Below, in pieces: positions 12,001-22,179 of a stretch of DNA of 64,000 bases. Made by a program: the position numbers and the translations under genes. Numbering within the stretch: position 1 is the first letter of the stretch; every line of letters starts with the position of its first letter. Source of the DNA: Malacoraja senta (lineage: Eukaryota); assembly GCA_038087875.1 (NCBI GenBank), contig CM075988.1, positions 23,562,001 through 23,626,000 on the forward strand, read 5' to 3'. The notes below the pieces were generated by a model. That model was given only the letters and a program-made list of their open reading frames with translations, did not search any database and was not told where the DNA came from.

Positions 12001-14815
12001 GTAAGGAACCTATTATTCATTCTCCTGATTTTAACCATGGATCTTGGGAGAAAAAAAATCAATGAACATCATAGTAAATGGGGAAGACACAGAACGATGG
12101 CCTATCATGCTCGCACACACACACAGATACAAGCGCACAAAAAGTCCGAGACCTCTTTCCATTCACCGGGTGGGGAATCACTGACCAGATCTGGGCCCCA
12201 TCTCTCTGTTGGAAATCCAAATCCTTGGCCAGTTTCAGAGCAGAGAAACCAATCCCCCATCCATCTCAGTGGCACCCTCTCCCATTCTCGGGAAAGTGGG
12301 GATCAGTGAGGCTGCATTACCGTGAGCTGTTTTCAGGCCTGGAGACATGACCAAGTTTCAAAGGGAAAAGGAGTTTGCCTTGGTAAAGGTTTTATAGATC
12401 AATGTTACAGCACCACAAGAGGATTACAGAAAGCACAATGGGCGTCTGGGGTTGTGAACATTCCTTCTGAGATTAGATGTGGGATTGAAAGGCACAGAGA
12501 ATTTTAGTTCTTGTTATTGTAGCGGCACCTAGTGGTGGGCCTGGGAAGTCAGAACCCTCGTCATTGGTCGGCTCGGTCACGTGACCGCGGGGGTTCGTTC
12601 ACGGGCTTTTAGTTAGTAATTAGTGCTCCTCGCATCTGTTTGTGTTTTGTAAACAAAAACCATTTCGCTCAACCTGCCTGGTCTCACTACAGTGGTGACC
12701 CCGACGATTCGAACGTTATTCGGGTCCGAAATTGAACGCCGCCTGGTCTCACTACATTATCAAGGAAGATTAAACGCCAGTGCTAACTGGCTTCCCTCAC
12801 CTTCAACGAGCTAGACTGGCACACAAAATATTATTAACTGACCCAGCACTGTCAGGTTAATGTATGAACCGACTTCTGCTCCAGATTCGAATGACGTTAT
12901 CGAGATGTATTGGCCCTCGTCCTGCAGACTCAGTCGGTGAATGAGCAGCGAGTTGTTTTCCGCGATATAGGTCATGCGCTCCTTGAACATGGGGAAGACT
13001 TCTGCCGACAAGGATGACGTGTGTTCGACTATCACCTGCGCTCCTATCTTCCATCTAATGGTTTGCACTGAGCTTGAATCATTCACCTTCACTGCCAGGT
13101 AGATGGGTTGATGCAGGAAGCCAGTCACGAGCTGTGTGTTCCCAGACACCGAGAGGGAATTAACTGCATATTAAAGCACAAAAAAGCCAAGAATATGAGG
13201 GAATTGAGTCTGAAGAAGGGTCTTGACCCGAAACATCACCCATTCCTTCTGTTTATTCCATTCATACCCCACGCTGCCTCGGCAAGGCCAGCAGCACAAT
13301 CAAGGACGAGTCGCACCCTGGCCATTCCCTCTTCTCCCCTCGCCCATCGGGCAAAAGGTACAGAAGTGTGAAAACGCACACCTCCAGATTCAGGGACAGT
13401 TTCTTCCCAGCTGTTATCAGGCAACTGAATCACCCTACCACAACCAGAGAGCAGTGCTGAACTACTATCTACCTCTTTGATGACCCTCGGACTATCCTTG
13501 ATCGGACTTTGCTGGCTTTACCTTGTATTCCCTTATCATGTATCTATACACTGTAAATGGCTCGATTGTAATCATGTATTGTCTTTCCACTGACTGGTTT
13601 GCACGGAACAAGAGCTTTTCATTGTACCTCGGTACACGTGAGAATAAATTAAATGAAAGTAAATGAAATGAAACTATCCAGAGATGCTGCCTGTCCGGCT
13701 GAGTTACTCCGGTATTTTGCGTCTATCTTCTGAGGAAACTGATGCTGAGGTAAAAGTTCAGCCTGAATCTCATTGGATGTCAGAGCAGATATGAGGGGAC
13801 AAGTGGCCTTGCCCTGCCTCTACGTCCCATGTTTTCAGGGTTTGTATGGCTTAGTGTGTGAGTTCCAGACACGCTTCATCCCACCGCATGTTAGGACGTG
13901 CGATATTTGTCCAAGCCCATCCTGTACAAGAGTCCACAAACCCTACTTCTGGGAACTTACACTGCAGGCTCAGTTTTCACCAAACTTCATTCATTATTTG
14001 TGATGGCAAGGCTGGTATTTATTGCCCAGCCCAAAGCAGTCTTTACACGTTCATGCTGATAAATTCATAAGTTATAGAAGCAGGATTAGGCCATTCGGCC
14101 CATCAAGTCTACTCTGCCATTCAATCATGGCTGATCTATCTTTCCCTCTCAACCCCATTAGACAATAGACAATAGGTGCAGGAGTAGGCCATTCGGCCCT
14201 TCGAGCCAGCACCGCCATTCAATGTGATCATGGCTGATCATCCCCAATCAGTACCCCGTTCCTGCCTTCTCCCCATATCCCCTGACTCCACTATTTATAA
14301 GAGCCCTATCTAGCTCTCTCTTGAAAGTATCCAGAGAACTGGCCTCCACCGCCCTCTGAGGCAGAGAATTCCACAGATTCACAACTCAGTCTGAAGAAGG
14401 GTTTCGGCCTGAAACGTTGCCTATTTCCTTCGCTCCATAGATGCTGCTGCACCCGCTGAGTTTCTGCAGCACTTTTGTCTACCTTCTCTGTGTGAAAAAG
14501 TGTTTCCTCGTCTCCGTTCTAAATGGCTTACCCCTGCCTTCTCCCCATAGTGTGCGGGTGATCGTTGGTTGGCGTGGTCTCTGTGGGCCGAAGGGCCCGT
14601 TTCCACCCTGCATCTCTAAACTAAACGTATTCTTCCTCCATCACATTATAATCCTCATTGTCTGCAATCAGTGAACAAAATGGGGAAAATCTGTCCTACA
14701 AGGGATTGGAATGAATTGTGCTTAAAAGAACTCGGATGAAGTAGGCCTTACCTTTCTGCAGCAGACCAAATACCAGGAGTACGTATAAAGTCAAATATCC
14801 CTTTGAATACTGCAT
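1328..14815 (-). CDS. HEPACAM-like / CD2-SLAM-type Ig-superfamily receptor (signal peptide-IgV-IgC2-TM-cytoplasmic tail), 6 coding exons, 305 aa
   Basis: Exons 14752-14815, 12843-13163, 11029-11271, 9619-9753, 5854-5888 and 1328-1447 are all GT-AG with phases 1,1,1,1,0. They total 918 nt, open to TGA. Start context is GCCATG. The IgV lacks cysteines (IRWK...SLLIHRLSLQDEGQY...INLTVL) and the IgC2 (MNCTVENGSGPQFSWIKD...YTCLVQNPV) resembles HEPACAM/CD2-family domains as recalled. Orthology is not established, so no symbol is given. Confidence 0.85.
1456..5448 (-). mobile_element. CR1-clade LINE, 5'-truncated: damaged ORF1 esterase C-terminus + uninterrupted ORF2 (APE endonuclease + RT)
   Basis: ORF 1634-4933 has LNARSIRNK, GITETWL, MGDFN, SDHN, NYRPVSLTS, GVPQGSVLGP and FADD. 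The ORF1 piece VCLPGARV...VVHIGTND...DGLHLN is SGNH-esterase-like. The 3' tail is (ATAGAAAC)n on the plus strand and is duplicated. Confidence 0.95.
1634..4933 (-). CDS. CR1 ORF2 (endonuclease-reverse transcriptase); the true start is probably downstream of 4933
   Basis: 1099-codon open frame with complete APE and RT motifs. Confidence 0.8.
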   Translation of the reverse strand: MEDKCVAEGLVQKAGIQISGSLGPLLWKVRPVQKGWVALEPEGDRYPGGEICKGYWGDFNLEWLGGGTQIENAIRQCVRQEAEKESTQTQHVGGKEENNNKQRIRGGGVLKWVSRETEGCKMRAEAIGSKVKSKSGRQTNPGQKSKRATFQHNCIRGKSVVKTSLKALCLNARSIRNKVDELNVQIAINDYDIVGITETWLEGDQGWELNIQGYSIFRRDREKGKGGGVALLVREEINAVERKDISLEDVESVWVELRNTKGQKTLVGVVYRPPSSSSEVGDGIKQEIRNACNKGKTVIMGDFNLHIDWVNQIGRGAEEEDFLECMRDSYLNQHVVEPTREQAILDWVLSNEEGLVSGLVVRAPLGKSDHNMVEFFIRMESDIVNSETTVLNLKKGNFEGMRRELAKIDWQLVLKGLTVDMQWKAFKDCMDELQKMFIPVWQKNKSGKVVHPWITREIRDSIKAKDVAYKLARKSSIPEDWEKFRDQQRRTKGLIRKGKIDYERKLAGNIKTDCKSFYRYVKRKRLVKTNVGPLQSETGELIMGNKDMADQLNNYFGSVFTKEDINNLPEIAGGRGSKEMEELSEIQVSWEVVLGKLNGLKADKSPGPDRLHPRVLKEVAPEIVDALVIIFQNSLDSGVVPEDWRVANVTPLFKKGGREKTGNYRPVSLTSVVGKLLESVIKDGIAAHLESGEIIGQSQHGFTKGKSCLTNLIEFFEDVTSRVDRGEPVDVLYLDFQKAFDKVPHKRLGYKLKSHGIGGSVLMWIENWLANRKQRVGVNGSFSQWQAVTSGVPQGSVLGPQLFTIYINDLDEGIESNISKFADDTKLGGSVSCEEDARRLQGDLDRLGEWANVWQMQYNVDKCEVIHFGGKNGKADYYLNGGRLGNGEVQRDLGVMVHQSLKVGMQVQQAVKKANGMLAFIARGFEYRSREVLLQLYRVLVRPHLEYCVQFWSPNLRKDIIAIEGVQRRFTRLIPGMSGLSYEERLDRLGLYSLEFRRLRGDLIETYKILVGLDRLDAGRLFPMLGKSRTRGHSLRIRGKSFKTEMRKNFFTQRVVNLWNSLPQRVVEASSLATFKRELDVALVAKGIRGYGEKAGTGY
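5854..5888 (-). CDS. IgSF receptor exon 5 (35-nt cytoplasmic exon EDKAQDEQGQAN)
   Basis: Acceptor tcctttcattttgcag|, donor |GTGAGT; converts phase 1 to the phase 0 needed by the last exon. Confidence 0.75.
5979..6017. repeat. (GA)n microsatellite
   Basis: Perfect AG dinucleotide run. Confidence 0.95.
6305..6590 (-). mobile_element. V-SINE (HE1-like)
   Basis: Reverse-complement copy. Confidence 0.8.
6635..6975 (+). mobile_element. Penelope-like 3' fragment, degraded
   Basis: Similar to about 50530-51010. Confidence 0.7.
7209..7524 (+). mobile_element. V-SINE (HE1-like)
   Basis: Same structure as 8413-8714. Confidence 0.85.
8413..8714 (+). mobile_element. tRNA-derived V-SINE (HE1-like)
   Basis: A/B boxes (TGGCGCAGTGG, GGTTCGATCCC), V-core TGTCTGTACGGAGTTTGTACGTTCTCCCCGTG, CR1-type tail, (TAAAC)n end. 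Confidence 0.85.
8962..9590 (+). mobile_element. Rex1/Babar-type LINE 3' fragment
   Basis: KKAHQRLYFLRRL...YRCTVESMLTGCIVAWFG...LPSGRRYRSLKTATTRFRNSYFPTAIRLL. Confidence 0.8.
9619..9753 (-). CDS. IgSF receptor exon 4 (Cys-containing stalk + transmembrane helix)
   Basis: Acceptor tttccag|, donor G|GTAAGG, 135 nt: DEHFQECWHPLCHGPGCILGSTLAILCAVGFLAAIFIVKYKGRQR. Confidence 0.85.
9791..10165. mobile_element. PIF/Harbinger-type MITE
   Basis: Long TIRs (CCCTGTCCCACGGTACGAGTTCATTCCAAGAGCTCTCCCGAGTTT), TTA TSD, internal tandem repeats. Confidence 0.85.
10310..10715 (+). mobile_element. Degraded CR1 3' fragment
   Basis: Decayed similarity to the RT C-terminus/3' end of the CR1 copies. Confidence 0.7.
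10720..10962 (-). mobile_element. V-SINE (HE1-like), partial
   Basis: Reverse-complement copy. Confidence 0.75.
11029..11271 (-). CDS. IgSF receptor exon 3 (IgC2 domain)
   Basis: Acceptor ctttag|, donor G|GTAAGG, 243 nt, C...W...YTC Ig motif. Confidence 0.9.
12518..12756 (+). mobile_element. Internally deleted Gypsy-like LTR element
   Basis: LTR TGTAG...CTACA (12518-12691), PBS TGGTGACCCCGACG (12693-12706, tRNA-Trp type), last 16 bp of the 3' LTR (12741-12756), 4-bp TSD TTAT. Confidence 0.8.
12843..13163 (-). CDS. IgSF receptor exon 2 (IgV domain)
   Basis: Acceptor tgcag|, donor G|GTCAGT, 321 nt, DEGQY motif. Confidence 0.9.
13275..13675 (+). mobile_element. Rex1/Babar-type 3' fragment
   Basis: [11 protein letters not shown]...[12 protein letters not shown] remnant plus 3' UTR. 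Confidence 0.7.
14060..14530 (-). mobile_element. CR1 3'-tail fragments with a nested Penelope-derived repeat
   Basis: ggtgcaggagtaggccattcggccc tail motif; ctgaagaagggtttcgg insert at about 14387-14484. Confidence 0.75.
14752..14815 (-). CDS. IgSF receptor exon 1 (signal peptide MQYSKGYLTLYVLLVFGLLQK)
   Basis: GCCATG start, hydrophobic core, phase-1 donor G|GTAAGG. Confidence 0.8.
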
Positions 14816-15189
14816 GGCTCTGATGATTTCAGCAAGACTCCCCCAGGATAATTTGGACATCTAATAGGACAAATTCCTAATCAAACTGAGAAAACCTGTC
14901 AGAAGTGAATAAAAATCATAAATAAATAAGCAAAAAATAAATTAGTAAAAACATGCTGGAAATTCTGAGCTGGTTAGATATTGCGTGGAAAAAACAAGTT
15001 GACATTTAGCTCTCGTGAGAGCCATCTCACATTTCATGCACCTACAGAATTTTACTTTAGCAGCGGCGGTTTTGTCTTGAGTGGACGTCAACGTGTTTTT
15101 GTGGCGCACTGCATTCTCCATCAAATCTGGCTGCATGACAATATTCATGTCCAGGATAAGCAGGTTTTGACATTTGCCAGTCTTGGACA

Positions 15190-15783
15190 GACACGGACAC
15201 AGAGAGACACACACATGTACGTACACAAATACAGACAAAGAGAGAAGAACACACATACACGCACACACGTACAGGCACACACGCACATACACACACACGC
15301 ACATACACACACACGTGCGTGCACACACACAGATACCAGCGCACACAAACATATACAGACACACTCACACACACCTACATACACACGCACACACCTACAT
15401 ACACATGGCCACACACACCTAAATATACACACGCACACACATGCACACACCTACATACACACGCACCTACATACACACGCACACACACACCTACATACAC
15501 ACACACACCTACATACACACGCACGCACACACACCTACATACACACGCGCACACACACACCTACATACACACACACCTACATACACACACACACACGCAC
15601 ACCTACATACACATGCACACACACACCTACATACACACGCACACACACCTACATACACACGCGCACACACACACCTACATACACACACGCACACACACAC
15701 ATGCACACACCTACATACACACGCACACATACACACCTACATACACACATACACACACACACATACACACGCACACACACACA
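15190..15783. repeat. Compound (CA)n / CACACCTACATACAC minisatellite upstream of the IgSF gene
   Basis: About 600 bp of CA-rich degenerate units. Confidence 0.95.
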
Positions 15784-16417
15784 TTCTGTGTGCACTCCAA
15801 CAGGAGCAGAATACAAAACTATCAAACATGTATTTGACCACACAGATCATCAAAACACCAACATCAACCAGACAAATAACAAATTACAAAGAATAACAAG
15901 CCTTTGAAAGAAAATTGTTAGCCTCATCTCTGTCATATGTAGGCACATTCTTTGAAGCAAACAACAAATTGCTGGAGGCGTTTAGCAGGTCGGGCAGCAT
16001 TTGTGGAGGTAACAAGGCAGTCAATGTCTTGGGTCAAAACACTGCATCAGGACTGAGCTGGAAAATTCTAGACAGAGATAAAGAACTATTTTACACTCCA
16101 GCAATTCCGATCCTTCTTTTCTAAAACTATACAAAACATTACATTGAAATCGGTCTTAAAATACTTTCTCCCCATCTTTATTAATTCATGTTCATGAGTT
16201 CTAGGAGCAGAATTAAGCCATGTGGCTTATCATTCGGCCCATCAAGTCTACTCTGCCATTCAATCATGGCTGATCTATTTTTCCCTCTCAACCCCATTCT
16301 CCTGCCTTCTCTCCATAACCCCTGCTAACCCATACTAATCAAGAATCTATCTATCTCTGCCTTAAAAATATCCATTGATGGCCTCCACAGCCATCTGTGG
16401 CAATGAATTCCACACAT

Positions 16418-16760
16418 CAAAGACCCACACCATCCTGGCCACACACTCATCTCCCTGCTCCCTTCAGGTAGAAGCTACAGGAGCCTGAAGACTGCAACAA
16501 CCAGGTTCAGGAATATCTACTTCCCCACAGCCATCAGGCTATTAAACTTGGCTCGGACAAAACTCTGAACATTAATAGCCCATTATCTGTTATTTGCACT
16601 TTATCGGTTTATTTATTCATGTGTGTATATATTTATATAATGGTATATGGACACACTGATCTGTTCTGTAGTCAATGCCTACTATGTTCTGTTGTGCTGA
16701 AGCAAAGCAAGAATGTCATTGTCCTATCAGGGACACATGAATCTTGAATCTTGAATCTTG
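16418..16760 (+). mobile_element. Rex1/Babar-type 3' fragment
   Basis: Near-identical to about 9240-9580. Confidence 0.8.
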
Positions 16761-17169
16761 AGATTTACCACCCTGTGCAATATGGGTACCACCAACACAG
16801 TACAAAACATCCAAAGACGGTTAATTGGCTTGGTAAATGTAAAAATTGTCCCTCGTGGGGGTAGGATGGTGTTAATATGCGGGGATCGTTGGTCGGCACA
16901 GGCCCGGTGGGCTGATGGGCCTGTTTCCACAATCTATCTCTAAACTAAACTAAAGATTTATTGCTGATCCCCAAGTGATTTAAACTATGCAGCCTCTGAG
17001 CCATTTGAGAGAGAGCAGTTAAACCACAGCACAGAAACACACAAAACCCAGATTAAGGGCGAAGAGTGGGTTATCTTTCTTAAAGGTCATCGGCGAACCA
17101 GCAGGGTTTTGCTACTATCTGGAAATGTCACCGTCGCCATGACCAAAACTTGTCTCGTAATCCCAGACC

Positions 17170-17505
17170 ATGAGAGGAATAGATCGGATAGACCCACAGA
17201 TTCTCTTGCCCAGAGTAGGGGAATCAAGAACCAGAGGACGTAAGTTTAAGGTGAGGGGGGAAAGATTTGAGGGGGTGACTTTTTCACACAAAGGGTGGTG
17301 GGTGTATGGAACGAGCTGCCAGAGGAGGTAGTTGAGGCGGGTGCTATCGCAATGTTCAAGAAACATTTAGACACGTACATGGATAGGACAGGTTTAGAGG
17401 GATATGGACCAAACACAGGCAGGTGGGACATGTACAGATGGGACATGTTAGTCAGCATGGGCAAGTTGGACCGAAGGGCCTGTTTCCTCGCTGTAAGACT
17501 CTGAC
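17170..17505 (+). mobile_element. CR1 3' fragment
   Basis: VVGVWNELPEEVVEAG...GYGPNTGRWD remnant. Confidence 0.75.
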
Positions 17506-17585
17506 TATATTTAACTAAATGTTATTTTCCTGCTGTCATGCCAGGATCTGAGCTTATTTCTCTGGATCACCAGTCTAGCAAGTTA

Positions 17586-19440
17586 GAAACATAGAAACAT
17601 AGAAGTTAGGTGCAGGAGTAGGCCATTCGGCCCTTCGAGCCTGCCCCGCCATTCAATATGATCATGGCTGATCATCCAACTCAGTATCCCGTACCTGCCT
17701 TCTCTCCATACCCTCTGATCCCTTTAGCCACAAGGGCCACATCTAACTCCCTCTTAAATGTAGCCAATGAACTGGCCTCGACTACCCTCTGTGGCAGAGA
17801 GTTCCAGAGATTCACCACTCTCTGTGTGAAAAAAGTTCTTCTCATCTCGGTTTTAAAGGATTTCCCCCTTATCCTTAAGCTGTGACCCCTTGTCCTGGAC
17901 TTCCCCAACATCGGGAGCAATCTTCCTGCATCTAGCCTGCCCAACCCCTTAAGAATTTTGTAAGTTTCTATAAGATCCCCTCTCAATCTCCTAAATTCTA
18001 GAGAGTATAAATCAAGTCTATCCAGTCTTTCTTCATAAGACAGTCCTGACATCCCAGGAATCAGTCTGGTGAACCTTCTCTGCACTCCCTCTATGGCAAT
18101 AATGTCTTTCCTCAGATTTGGAGACCAAAACTGTACGCAATACTCCAGGTGTGGTCTCACCAAGACCCTGTACAACTGCAGTAGAACCTCCCTGCTCCTA
18201 TACTCAAATCCTTTTGCTATGAAAGCTAACATACCATTCGCTTTCTTCACTGCCTGCTGCACCTGCATGCCTACTTTCAATGACTGGTGTACCATGACAC
18301 CCAGGTCTCGCTGCATCTCCCCTTTTCCTAGTCGGCCACCATTTAGATAATAGTCTGCTTTCCTGTTTTTGCCACCAAAATGGATAACCTCACATTTATC
18401 CACATTATACTGCATCTGCCAAACATTTGCCCACTCACCCAGCCTATCCAAGTCACCTTGCAGTCTCCTAGCATCCTCCTCACAGCTAACACTGCCCCCC
18501 AGCTTAGTGTCATCCGCAAACTTGGAGATATTGCCTTCGATTCCCTCAACCAGATCATTAATATATATTGTAAATAGCTGGGGTCCCAGCACTGAGCCTT
18601 GCGGTACCCCACTAGTCACTGCCTGCCATTGTGAAAAGGACCCGTTTACTCCTACTCTTTGCTTCCTGTTTGCCAGCCAGTTCTCTATCCACATCAATAC
18701 TGAACCCCCAATGCCATGTGCTTTAAGTTTGTATACTAATCTCTTATGTGGGACCTTGTCGAAAGCCTTCTGGAAGTCCAGATACACCACATCCACTGGT
18801 TCTCCCCTATCCACGCTACTAGTTACATCCTCGAAAAATTCTATAAGATTCGTCAGACATGATTTACCTTTCGTAAATCCATGCTGACTTTGTCCAATGA
18901 TTTCACCACTTTCCAAATGTGCTGCTATCCCATCTTTAATAACTGACTCTACAAGTTTCCCCACTACCGACGTTAGACTAACTGGTCTGTAATTCCCCAT
19001 TTTCTCTCTCCCTCCCTTCTTAAAAAGTGGGGTTACGTTTGCTACCCGCCAATCCTCAGGAACTACTCCAGAATCTAAAGAGTTTTGAAAGATTATTACT
19101 AATGCATCCACTATTTCTGGAGCTACTTCCTTAAGTACTCTGTGATGCAGCCTATCTGGCCCTGGGGATTTATCGGCCTTTAATCCATTCAATTTACCCA
19201 ACACCACTTCCCGACTAACCTGGATTTCACCCAATTCCTCCAACTCCTTTGTCCCGCGGTCCCCTGCTATTTCCGGCAGATGATTTATGTCTTCCTTAGT
19301 GAAGACGGAACCAAAGTAGTTATTCAATTGGTCCGCCATATCCTTGTTCCCCATGATCAACTCACCTGTTTCTGACTGCAAGGGACCTACATTTGTTTTA
19401 ACTAATCTCTTTCTTTTCACATATCTTCTTTCTTTTCACA
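17586..19440 (-). mobile_element. CR1 LINE, 5'-truncated copy of the same young family (RT only)
   Basis: ORF 17681-19420 is near-identical to the C-terminal half of 1634-4933; flanked by the 7-bp duplication CAAGTTA (17579-17585, 19441-19447). Confidence 0.95.
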
Positions 19441-19468
19441 CAAGTTAACCCAATTCCTCTCCTGAAGA

Positions 19469-19900
19469 AGGTACACAAAAATGCTGGAGAAACTCAGCGG
19501 GTGCAGCAGCATCTATGGAGCGAAGGAAATAGGCAACGTTTCGGGCCGAAACCCTTCTTCAGACTGATAGGGGGTGGGGAGAAGAAAGGAAAAAAGGGAA
19601 AAGGCGGAGGAGGAGCCTGAGGGCTGGGGGAGGGGAGGAGACAACCAGAGGGCTGATGAAGGGGAGGGGACAGCAAGGGCTAGCTGGATTGGGAGAATTC
19701 AATGTTCAAGCCCCCAGGATGTAGACTGCCCAAGCGGAATATGAGGTGCATTTCCTCCAATTTATGGTGTTGCTCGCTGTGGCCATGGAGGAGACCCAGG
19801 ACAGAGAGGTCAGATACGGAATGGGAGGGGGAGTTGAAGTGCTGAGCCACCGGGAGGTCAAGTTGGTTAATGCGGACCGACCGGAGGTGTTCGGCGAAAC
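19469..19900 (-). mobile_element. Penelope-like element 3' fragment (GIY-YIG C-terminus + terminal repeat)
   Basis: FAEHLRSVR...LPVAQHFNSPSHS...[24 protein letters not shown]; 15-bp TSD TTCCTCTCCTGAAGA (19454-19468, 19901-19915). Confidence 0.85.
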
Positions 19901-20479
19901 TTCCTCTCCTGAAGAGACTGGCTCAAGCTCCATTAGTCCCCAGCTAAATATTACACAAATATTAGTCCAGACAGGGTACTTAACCACGGGTTGCATTACA
20001 GTTGAGGTCGATCCTCTTCTTATCCAGTCTCTTTCCCCTAAACAAATAGAGTCCTGATACAGGGTCTCGACCTGAAACATCACTTTGCCTCCACAGATGC
20101 TGCTTACCTGCTGAGTTCCTCCAGCAATTTGTGTTTTTTGCAGTGGATTCCAGCATCTATAGTTTCGTGTGTCAACTTTTTTTCAAAATGCAACCTGAGT
20201 TTTAGATTCTCTCCACTTTCAGACTGGCAAATGTCAGACCCAGCTTATCTTGGACATGAATATTGTCATGCAGCCAGATTTGATGGAGAACAAAAACACG
20301 CTGACGTCCACTCAAGACTAAACCGCTGCTGCAAACGCATAGAGTCCTCAGGATTTCATGTTTCAATCAAGGCTCCTCTCATTTTTTCCCATATTCACGT
20401 GGATACAAGCCTAGCTCGTCCAATCTTTCCATGGATTTCCACTAGTAAATCTTCTCTGAACTGCTTCCAATGCATTTGC

Positions 20480-21330
20480 ATCTTGCCTTACATAAGGAGA
20501 CCATACCCCTGATGTGTGCTCATCAACGGTTTATATAAATGGAGCATAACCTCCCTACTTTTGTGTCCAAGTTCCCCTTGTGTGAAAAGATAACATTGGT
20601 TTTCCTAATTATTTGGAGTACCTCTACACACCATATCATAAATTAGGCACTGGAATACCCAAACCCTCTTACATCTCAGAGTTTGCAATTTTTAACCATT
20701 TTGATAATAAGCTAGATTTTATTTTTACTGACATCACATCCACCCTCCTCCACACCATCCAACCACAGCTTCATATTCTATTGATCTAACGTTTCTTCAC
20801 TATCTAAATCACTTTTCAATTTGCTGATGTCTTCTTTGCAATTTACTTTCTTATCTACCTTTATGTTATCAGGAAAGTTAGCTAAAAATGTCTTGGATGC
20901 CTTCATCCATTTAAATTATTTATATAAATGATGAAAGTACAGATCACCACGGCACGCCATTTGTTATGTTTTGATAGGGAAAAAACATTTATGAATACTT
21001 GTATTTTGTTTTCCATTATCCAGTCAATTTTCCATTCAAAAATACCTGCTACACCATAAGCTTTAATTTTTTGTGATAACCTTTGACACAGCAAGTCTTT
21101 AATCATCGCTTTTAACAATATTCCCCTTGATGCGCACGGGTTTGGTCTCTCCTTCATTTTGTCAATAAAGAAATCACACATGCTATTTCTCAACCTTCCC
21201 CAAATCCAAGAAAGTTTGAAAAGATAAAATCAAGGCAAATAATTATCTCACTAGACACAACTTTGAAGATTCGGTGATGAAGTCTTTGGGACCCATAGAC
21301 TTGTCAGTCCACAGTTAATTCAGTGCCGCT
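20480..21330 (-). mobile_element. Old, highly degraded CR1-like RT fragment
   Basis: Remnant peptide RLSQKIKAYGVAG...FIIYINNL. Confidence 0.55.
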
Positions 21331-21979
21331 GTCCTGAGGAGAATAATTTTTCAGAGTTCCGACAGCCTTCCAATTCCTCATTTACAGCAGCTACTGGGAT
21401 GCTACACATACCCTCTGCAGTGTGTTTCACAAGGTGTCCAACACAATTTGATGCTAAGATTGCTGTATAAATTAGTTTCATCTCAAAAATAAATTCAACT
21501 TAGAAACAAAAGACTGTTTTAAGAACTAAAAGAACTATTTTAAACTCAGTAATTCCAAACCTTACTTTCTAAAATTGTACAAACGTAATACTGAAATCTC
21601 TCTTTAAACACACTCCATTTATAGTCAATGATGGACTGTGAAACAGTAAACATATATTGCCTATCCCTAATTGATTTAAACTAAGCAATCTGCTGAGACA
21701 TTTCGGAGAGTAGTTAAACCACGCAGTGGAGACACAAAAAACCCAGACGAAGATAAGGTGGTGGATTTTGTATCTTCATTTTGCCGTTACTAAAACTAGT
21801 CTTGTAATTCTAGACTATAATTAATTAAACATTATACAGGATTTCCCAGCTGTCATATTAGGATCTGAGCTTATTTCTCTAGATCATCAGTCTGGTAACT
21901 TAACCCATCGTTTCTCCACTGGCCCGCGCTCCATTAGTACTCAAGTAAGTATTAACACCATCTATATATATCTCTCGTA

Positions 21980-22179
21980 GACAAAATTGCTGGAGAAACT
22001 CAGTGGGTGCGGCAGCATCTATGGAGCGAAGGAAATAGGCAACTTTTCGGGCCTTAGAAGGGTTTCGGCCCGAAACGTTACCTATTTCCTTCGCTCCATA
22101 GATGCTGCCGCACCCGCTGAGTTTCTCCAGCAATTTTGTCTACCTTCGATTCTCCAGCATCTGCAGTTCCTTCTTGAAC
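21980..22179. mobile_element. Short Penelope-derived inverted-arm insertion
   Basis: 16-bp TSD ATATATATCTCTCGTA (21964-21979, 22180-22195). Confidence 0.8.

Noticed and set aside
14942..15907. Long His/Thr- and Val/Cys-rich ORFs (up to 308 aa)
   Set aside because: They are translations of the CA-rich minisatellite, with no splice or domain support.
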